DNA of 64,000 nt from the human T2T-CHM13v2.0 reference genome, Homo sapiens. The stretch lies in the NCBI RefSeq assembly GCF_009914755.1, contig NC_060931.1; one strand, 5' to 3'. A program made the translations under genes and the position numbers. Shown here one piece after another: positions 55,440-64,000 of the stretch. Below the pieces are notes generated by a model. That model searched no databases. It saw only the letters and a list, made by a program, of their open reading frames with translations, and was not told where the DNA came from. The number at the start of each line of letters is the position of its first letter. The stretch's first letter is position 1.

Positions 55440-57690
55440 GCAGTTATCTTTTTTACAGGACAGAAATCATTTGTGTCTCTACAGACCATACGCATCTGCC
55501 TTGCTGTTGGATGGAATAATTTACTTGGCTATTGGTTTTTTAAAAGTTAACATCCCTGATGGAGTCGTAAATATCCTAATCAATAGTAAATAGCAAAAAT
55601 CGAACCAACGTGCACTCCCCTAAAACATCAGATAACTCCGGGTAAACACCCCTCCCACAGCACTATAGTAAAAGGACCTGCAATCAGTCCTTTGCTGCAT
55701 CTCCAAATCCTGCACGATTGTTTCTAATGCCAGGATGGATGTTCTTAGCAATGTTTTCTTTCATTAATAACACCAGCAAACATTTACTGAATGCTGCAGC
55801 GTGTAAGGTACTCCACGGTGCCAGGGAGACACAAAGAAGGGTGAGCAACAGTCCTGCCCTCCGGAGGACCCGCTCACTACACTAAAAGGCACTCCAAGGA
55901 AGGGTTACAAAGGAGGAGCCGCACAGGCAATGGACACTATTCTAGTTCTGGAGAGAGAAAAATCCATTCCAGCATGGGAGGGCCAGAAGGCTGCTGAGGA
56001 AGCTCCTTTGCACCTGCGAGTTTAGCTCACTCCGTTTTCCCCTTGTCTGGTGTGTGGTATTGGCCAGCGTGGGTGTAGGCCCCCTTTGTGCATTCTGCAG
56101 AGATGGGAGTCCGGTCTCTTTCATAACTGCCTTCCTCCTTCCCTCCCCCTGCTGCTCATTCCTGCTAACTTTTCACCTGCCATGTGGGAGCTGCATCTTG
56201 GTAGAGCTCAAGTGCTGCTGTCTCTGGCTGTGCAGCTGGTATACCTCAGCGTGCCAAGCCACCAGCACCCTAGGACCAAGCGGGCTGGTGCTTCCAGGCA
56301 AAGACACAGCTGAGCAAGGGGAGGAGAGAGGATGGAGGGTGGGAGAGAAGTGAATTTATGGGCAGTTGCCTGAAGACGGGAGGTCAGAGGTGAAGGGACC
56401 TTGACAGATGGACTAGAAGAGATAGATGTTGTAACTTTGGCTAGTTTGGGTCTGTAATTAGCCCCCACCAACCTGTGATGACAGGCACTTAGGCACTCCA
56501 AGGTGAGGCCTGGGGCTGCCTGCGCACTGGAGGCCTGAGTGCTGACAGCAACTGCAAATCTGCAGAGGGCTCTGGCTTAGTAGCAGAGGGAGTAGAATAG
56601 AGACATGTGGATACTTAGCTTTCCTTTGTTTCTCAGTTAACTGCTATAAAGAGGAACCTACTGCCCTTGGCAGCATTCTCTCAAAATGCTATTTTCCGTA
56701 ATCCTATGGAAGCAGGCCCCAAACAGGAAATGGGGACATGGGCATTCGTTTCTTTGTGGCTGGTATAAATTTCATTTGCCCTGAGTTTGTGGCTATTTGA
56801 AAGATTGGCTTTGAGGCCACAGAGGCCCCAGAGATAAGCCTACAAGGCTGTTAAGGCCAAAGCAAAACACCGTGACAAAGTTATCTCACCCCTGGCCTTC
56901 CTACAGGCTCTCCGGAGAGGTCAGCGGGGCAGTGGTTCATGCAGCCGGCCATGTGTGATGGTGGAGTGAGTGAGGGTTTGGTATCACGGGGGCCTCATCA
57001 GACCCTCTCTCTACTACTTGTGTGATCCTGGACATTGATTTTGCCTTTTCTGAGCTTCAGTTTTCTTTTCTGTCAATGGACACACTAAGGCTGGTTTATG
57101 ATTTAATCTGATCAAGTGTCAGGGCCTTTTCCAGTGCCGGGCATAGTGTAGATGCTCACAGCAGGAATCAGTATAAGAAGTGTCAGAGCTCCCAACGGCT
57201 CAGCCCCTACAGGGAGAGAGCCTGGTTATTATCCACCCTCACAAGACAGGCAAGAGCTCAGACTCTTTTGACTGGAGTCTTGTTTCTGCCACTTGCTTTA
57301 CTATGATCTTGGGCAAGATGCTCAATATCTGTGTCTCATTGCGAAATGGGAATAATAATGGTCTGTATTTCACATAGCTATGAAAGCACAAAGTGAGAAA
57401 ATCTACATCAAGTACTTAGTCCCATGCCTGGTACATGGTCCCCCTCAATCATTAATAGCTAGTCTATTGTTACAGAAAATTCCTGTCCCTGGCAAGTGCC
57501 TAATACCCAAGGAGGGAAGTGGTCATGAGTAGTTATTACAGACACAAATTTCTCCAGAAAGACCAGAGGTTCTCCCTCAAAATGCATCACTTCACTACTT
57601 TGTCCCCTGCAGTTCAGAAAGGGTGCTCCTTTGCAGTCCATCCTTTGAGTTCCTCCTCGGAAATAAGCAGGATAAGGTGTTTACCCCCAA

Positions 57691-58497
57691 TGTGTTAGTT
57701 TTCTAGGGCTGCCATAACCACCTGTCATATACCAGAGGCCTTAAAACAATGGAAATTGCCGGGCATGGTGGCTCGTGCCTGTAATCCCAGCACTCTGGGG
57801 GGCCGAGACGGGCGGATCACGTGGTCAGGAGCTCGAGACCATCCTGGCTAACATGGTGAAACCCCATCTCTACTAAAAATACAAAATATTAGCTGGGCGT
57901 GGTGGTAGGCACCTGTAGTCCCAGCTACTCAGGTGGCTGAGGCAGGAGAATGGCGTGAACCCAGGAAGCGGAGCTTGCAGTGAGCCGAGATCATGCTACT
58001 GCACTCCAGCCTGGGCAACAGAGTGAGACTCCATCTCAAAAACAAAAACAAAAACAAACAAACAAACAAACAAAAACAACGGAAATTTATTCTCACAGTT
58101 TTAGAGGCTGGAAGTGCAGAGGCAAGGTCTTGGCAAAGCCGTGCTCTCCCCGAAGGCCATAGGGGAGGATCCTTCTTCGCCTCTGCCTCTAGCTTATGTG
58201 GCTTCAGGCACTCCTTGGCTTGTGGCACCATCACCCCATCTCTGCCTTGCTCTTCACGTGATCCTCTTCCCTGAGTCTCTGGGTCTCAGATCTTCCTGTC
58301 CTTTCTCTTCTAAGAGTAAGAGGCATTGGATTTAGAGCCCACCCTGGATCCCGGACGACTTATCTCGAGATCCTCCATTCAATTACAACTCTAATTAATT
58401 ACATCTGCTAAGACCCTAGTTCCAAATAAGGTCACATTCATAGGCACCAGGGGTTAGGACTTACACATATCTTTTGGTATAAATTCAATCCACTACA
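57691..58497 (-). mobile_element. MLT1C-like LTR split by an AluY
   Basis: TGTGTTAGTTTTCTAGGGCTGCCATAAC..[Alu]..GAAATTTATTCTCACAGTTTTAGAGGCTGGAAG...TTCCAAATAAGGTCACATTC...ATTCAATCCACTACA. Confidence 0.85.
57758..58080 (+). mobile_element. AluY
   Basis: Diagnostic GAATGGCGTGAACCC and GAGCTTGCAG; TSD AAAACAA(T/C)GGAAATT (57743-57757 / 58073-58087). Confidence 0.95.
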
Positions 58498-60745
58498 CCC
58501 ATTTTATGTATAAGGAAATTGGGGCTCAGAGAAGTTTCCTGCCTTTTCTGAGACTGTCTGGCTGCTTAGTGACACAGCTCAAACTGAGATCCAGGTATCC
58601 TGATGTCTTGTCCAGCGCTGTATCCACTGCTCTGAACAACCCTCTGACCAGCACCCAACAGCCCAAGGGCAAGGCTAGGGGTGAAGTTTCCCGTCCACCC
58701 CCTTGCAGTATGTGGGCACACGGAGCTCCTGTTCTGGGCCTTTTAGGCCCTACCCTCTCTCTCTCCTACATCAGCACAGGCTTTTCCATGTGTCTTCCTC
58801 TGTGGAGCTGTTTCATGCTAATTTCTTCCAGTGGAAACTAACCTGTATCTGTGACCCTCCCCTCTCCTACTTGAACCACAGCCAGACGTAGAGGCCTTGA
58901 GTACTAATCCAGTGGAGGGCATAGGGATATAGGAATTGCAGCTCCTCGGACAAACTGGTGCTGTTTGGGCAATCGAGCTTTCAGATACCTTGACTCATGC
59001 CCAAAGACAGCCAGCCACCTGGCATCTATGCCAAGGGCTCGGCCTGGCTAGGACAGTGCCATCAACCACATGTCCTTGGGCCAGAGGAGGGGACCTCACC
59101 ATCATGGAGGCCTTTCCCCAAGTCCAGAGACAAGGTCATAAGCTGCCTATGGAGCTTACCTTGACATGGACCTTATTTGATTTTGACTGTGGGGCCAGTT
59201 TCCTAACTTAAGGAGGAGAAAAACACACTCCCAGCTATCTCCCAGGCTGTGAGGATCACATGAACTAACTTATATAAAAGTTCTTTAATACAAGTGTGAG
59301 GATTAATTATGTGGTGATTAGCCTCCCACTTTTGTCCTCCCCACATCATACACAAACCAAACCCAGACTCCTGACAACTGGACTCCTTCACCAGGTTGTG
59401 CACCTGTTCCTCTTCCCAGAGTGCCCAGGTGCACAAAAGTGATCCCCTGCCTTTCAGAGGGGAAAGGGTCTACAAAAAAGGAGGAGGCAGGGGCCTTGAA
59501 AATGTCAGTGGGGCTCCCCCTTGCACTACCATGAAAACCTCTGAGTCTCCTTGGAGTGGCGATGGGGCTTCCTGGTGTCACGAAGTAGCTGTGAAAGGCT
59601 CTACAGATGGATTTCCATTTTAATGGATGTGTCAGGGCATCAAAATGTCTCTGTTGTGTTCAGTCCTCATTAAAATGGAAGCCCATTGCTACAGGACACA
59701 GAGGAGGTGTGCTGCATTATTTATTGTTTTTTATCTGTTTTCCTAAAACTGGGCTGTTCAGGTTCAAATGGCAGATAAAATTGCCACCCACCTCTCTCCA
59801 CCCTGTCATTTTCCAGCTCACATCTGTTCACTGCACATTGTATGTTAAATGTTACACTACCAGAATGTCAGAAGCCCTGAGCAGTACCTCCAAAATCTGA
59901 TTTGTCTAGCTTCCTGGCAACTTGTAGGGGTTATTTCTGTTCTTTCCTTTCTTAGGAAGGTCCCTGGCTCTGGCTTCCATCTCTCTGCATTCTGGCCTCT
60001 TCCCCATCTTGTATCCCATGAAGCCACTGCCCTGAGTGTGAGGAAGTTCCTGCCTCTTTCCATTGATGACTTTGTTCCCTGCCTTCCATCTTGACCCTGT
60101 ACTTAACCAAACCCCTAATCCTCTCTCCCAGATTATGATAGAGTTGGATGTGAAATAAAAACTCCCTTCACTGCCCATAAATCCTAAGGACTTCTAACAG
60201 GACAAACAACTACTAATTCAGCCCCACATCACTTGGAGAGCTGTGTCTATGTTTATTGAGGTTACTTATCATTGCACTGATGTTGTTACACAATTACTAT
60301 GCATATATGCTGGATCAAAAGGACCATATTTCCATAATTGTGACTAACTCCTAGAAAGACAGAGATCACTTGAAATGGCTGTGGTGCACTTAAAGTTTTA
60401 CTTAACCAAAATATATCATATTCTAAGTAGGAGGAGAAAGAAGCAGTTTGTGTAGGCAGACATGGAAAAAATTTTGTTTTATAATGCTAGACCTTCGAAC
60501 GTCATCTGTTAAGGTAAAGATCCTATAACAAGCGCCACATGACTCAAATTCTGAAGTTGAAGTGGCGTTTTGTTACAATGCATGTATTTCTAGAATTCGC
60601 ACCTCCAGGTTGCATAAACTAGAGATAAAATAGAGTTGATAGCCAGTTTCACTGTAATGAATTAGGGAAGGGGAAAAAAGTATCTTAAATGGGGCAAGGA
60701 GGGACCACCATTCTATCACCTCATATCCTTGTTTCTCTAAGCCAA

Positions 60746-60939
60746 CAGTCAGCAAATTATGGCCCATGGGCCAAACCCAGCCCACCACCAGTCCCATACA
60801 GGAATACCTATTGCTTCCTATATTGCCTATTGTGTTTTCATGCTACAGTGGCAGAGTTGAGTAACAGAGACCATATGGCCTGCAAATCTGAAAATATTTA
60901 CTATCTGGCCCTTTACAGGAAAAGTTTGCTGGCTTCTGC
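60746..60939. mobile_element. MER58A hAT MITE
   Basis: GCAAATTATGGCCCATGGGCCAAA...AAAATATTTACTATCTGGCCCTTTACAGGAAAAGTTTGC. Confidence 0.85.
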
Positions 60940-61275
60940 TCTGAGCTGTTGACGCTCTGTGCTGTTTAGCATCCATGGGTGAACTTTCTGACAGAAGAAT
61001 CTGAAAGGCTGCCCTGTTTGATGTCTGCAGCAACCAAATAAAACCAAAACAAAATAATTTGTATTTCACAGTCTGGAGCATAGAAAAACTGTACAACCCA
61101 GTGTCACGTAGTCAGAAGATTAACTATGCTTCTTCTTTGTAGATTGCTTGCTCCTGGATGTGCTTTTCCCCTCAGGAATGAAAATAGCACCATGAATAAT
61201 AGTAATACTGCATTAGAATGGTTCCCAGCATTTATTGAATGCTTCTGATATGCTTTGAATAGCTTACATATATTC

Positions 61276-61317
61276 GTCTACGGCCATACCACCCTGAACG
61301 CTCCCGATCTCGTCTGA
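61276..61317 (+). pseudogene. RNA5S: 5S rRNA 5' fragment (nt 1-42), tailless retrocopy inside a minus-strand MIR (~61225-61470)
   Basis: GTCTACGGCCATACCACCCTGAACGCtCCCGATCTCGTCTGA, one mismatch to human 5S as recalled; 20-bp TSD TGAATAGCTTACATATATTC. Confidence 0.95.
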
Positions 61318-62108
61318 ATAGCTTACATATATTCAAACAACCCTGGGGAGGTAGGTGGTAATCATGACCCACTTTATAGATGAGGAAACTGTGGTCCAGA
61401 GAAGGTAACTGACTTTCCTGTGTCACACACCTGGAAGCATTAGAGCCTATTGGAACCCAATCTGATGCCCGAACCTACATCATGATCCAACACTCTGAGA
61501 AGCATGTCTTTTTATAGCATTTGTTGAAATGAAATTTTATCTAGATTTTCACAGAATCATAGAATTTTATAGCTGGAACACTTTGGTACTTGATGGCCCA
61601 GCCTGTCTCATTTTGTCAGTAGTAACTAACATGTATATGATGCTTTAAAGTTGAAGAAGCACGTTTACATAGATTCTCTTATTTGATACACATGCCAACC
61701 CCATGATGTAGGCAGGTCTCCTTTTCCAGAAAAGGAATGGAGGACCAGAGACTTTACACACATCGCTCAGTAAGAGCCAGGACTGACTGGGCCTCATCCC
61801 TGCATTTTCTGACACTGAGATTTATTAGATTTCCAAATGCCACATGACCCAAGGATTCAGTGATTTCATTTGTTCCGAAGTCCCCTAGCTAGTTGTCAGC
61901 AGCACCAGGGCTAGAAAAAAAAAAAAGGTGAACCTATAATCCCTGGGCAAGAAAGGAGAGCTAGTCCAGGAATGTCTGTTCATCTCCCTGAGGAGGATGG
62001 GGCAACATGAGGCCTCCTGAGGCTTTGGGGTGGCTGGTTTCTAGTGACAGCTGCAGATCCTTTCATCCCACGTGTGCTGAATATTATGTGCCAAGCACTG
62101 TATTAGAG

Positions 62109-62270
62109 TAGTACGTCTCAATCCAGAGAGTTTGTGAAAAAAGAGATTGCTTGGCCCCACCCCCAGATATTTCATTTCAGCAGGTCTGGAGTGGGCCTAA
62201 GAATTTTCATTTCTACCAGTTTCCCAGAGTGGCAGGGCTGCTGCAAGGGATCACATTGAGAGAATCACTG
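62109..62270. mobile_element. MER5A hAT MITE nested in an L2 fragment
   Basis: GGCCCCACCCCCAGA..TTCAGCAGGTCTGGAGTGGGCCTAAGAATTT; 8-bp TSD TATTAGAG (62101-62108 / 62271-62278). Confidence 0.85.
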
Positions 62271-63124
62271 TATTAGAGGCTTGAGACATGGTGACTGAAT
62301 CAGAAAGAGTTGTGGTTCCTGCCCTGAATGGAGCTTGCATATGTGAGTGAGTGGATGAATGAATGAATGAATGAATGAGCATGGGGGCAGAGAGAATGCA
62401 GTGTGTAAAGAACACCTTTACAACACCGTGTGGAAAGAACTAGAATAGAGATAGGTATGGGGAACTGAATAAAGAAGCCAGCTTAGTCTGGCTGAGTACA
62501 GAAGGCTTTGCAGAGGAGTTGGCCCCTGGTGGGCTCTGAAAGTCCCAGACGTGTCAACCACGCAGAAAGGGGAGGTGAGTTTATTCCTAAGAAACAGCTG
62601 GTGAAGAGGCACAGGGTAGGAGAGTGGGAGGGCTGAGAGCCTCCATGAGTTGGGGAATTCATGGTAGATCTGACTGTCATGAAAGGTGTATTTGTGTGCA
62701 AGAGACAGGGAGGCAGGAAACAATGAGAGAAAAGGCCAGGGGGCAAAACAGCAGCCACGCCACTGAAGGTCTTGACTTGCATATCAGAAGAGCTGGGATC
62801 TCCTTCTAGAAGCAGTGGGGAGCCACTGAAGGAGTTCAAGGTGTGGAATAGCAAGATCAGGTGTGCATTGGGGAAAGATGCAGAGACTCGATGCACGTAC
62901 TGTCAGCTGGAATTAGGCCACCCCATGTCACTATCATGTGAGAGGACAAAGGGCCTGTGGGAGAAATGGGCAATGCCACTGCAGATGGCTGGCAAGAGGA
63001 GAGAAGAAAAACTGTTCCCAGATGCATTTTATTTGGGACTCTTGCTAACTGCATTTTAGACCTTTAAAAAAAAGGTCACCAGAGAGCTATTGAGTGTCTC
63101 AGGAAGAACAAGGGAATGTTTGTT

Positions 63125-63290
63125 TTGATTCTACTTTGCTGTGTGACCTTGAGCAAGTTACTTAATCTTTCTGTGCTGCTGTTTCCTCATCTGTATAATG
63201 AGGATGGCAGTGAGTTGTGAGGATTACGTGGGATAGTATAAGTAAATTGCCACCAAGTGTATTGTAAGTGCTCCACACATATTTGGTATT
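63125..63290 (+). mobile_element. MIR SINE
   Basis: GCTGTGTGACCTTGAGCAAGTTACTTAATCTTTCTGTG..GTTTCCTCATCTGTATAATG. Confidence 0.85.
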
Positions 63291-64000
63291 TTTATTAATT
63301 TATTTTAGTTGGCATCCTTTCCTTTCCTGGGAGAGATGATATGGTTGAATATTTTTGTTTCATCTCTGGTCTCTGTAATTAGCCTGCTTTCTTCAAGAAA
63401 GAGAACAGCAAGAGTTCCTCCAGTACGCAAACACAAGTGCTTGTCCTTTTTGACTGTCTTTGTCTTTTTTTTTTTTTAGAAGTAATTTCATGGCTCATGC
63501 ACTTGATATTCCATCAGGAAAGCTGGGCCCCTCTATCAAGCAGATGATCGTCCCTGCTGGGCATTCATTGGCAAATCACAATTCTGTTAATTAACACAAA
63601 GTGGGATTCCAGCTCTCAACTCCTTTCAAACTCACCCTTTCTTCCTTGGGTTTTGAGTTGCAGCCTCTCTCCTCTGCTGAGCCCCGGGTGACATATGTAT
63701 CTTGGAGCCATCTCTTTGTCTTTGCTTAGCCCTGGGCTCAGCAGCCGCCAGGCCATGGGCCGCCTGTCTCCTCCACCTCCACCTGCCTTGCACATCCTTG
63801 CTCTGTGCCTGCCTTTTTATCTCAACATCCCCATCACCTGTTTCCTGGAAAATTTCCCGATTTCTCCCCAGTGTAAAAAGGGGCATGTGTTTCTATTCCG
63901 AGCACTTTGCTTTGACTTGGCATGCCTTCATGGACTTCAGCGGGGAGTCTGGGTCTGCGTAATGAGCCTCTCAGCATCGCAGCTGCCAGCCTAGAGGAGC

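Noticed and set aside
60526-60575. Imperfect hairpin enclosing an ATGACTCA AP-1 site
   Set aside because: Short stem with bulge and wobbles; expected by chance at this window size
61276-61317. Functional 5S rRNA gene
   Set aside because: Only 42 of ~120 nt; lacks the internal control region and terminator

Overview
Primate genomic DNA, most likely human or another catarrhine (it carries AluY, L1PA4-like, THE1/MST and MADE1 elements). It is CpG-depleted and rich in MIR and L2. I find no intact protein-coding gene; the ORF track is essentially noise, Alu/L1 read-through and one dead retrocopy. The window looks intronic or intergenic. Recognisable content: a full-length NDUFB10 processed pseudogene split by an Alu, about 12 Alus, several L1 fragments, MaLR/ERVL solo LTRs, hAT and mariner MITEs, and a 42-nt 5S rRNA retrocopy. 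The most interesting structures are (i) an L1PA insertion carrying an apparent 3' transduction, (ii) a tailless 5S rRNA retrocopy inserted into a palindromic target, (iii) a perfect 21-bp inverted repeat, (iv) a non-TE module at 2.2-2.75 kb with duplicated hairpins and PBX/MEIS motifs, (v) a ~110-bp segment apparently copied into an L2 from 5.7 kb away, and (vi) a pseudogene that appears to preserve an ancestral NDUFB10 sequence. I cannot support a genuinely new biological system from the sequence alone. Repeat subfamily calls come from recalled consensus sequences, and boundaries without target-site duplications (TSDs) are approximate.
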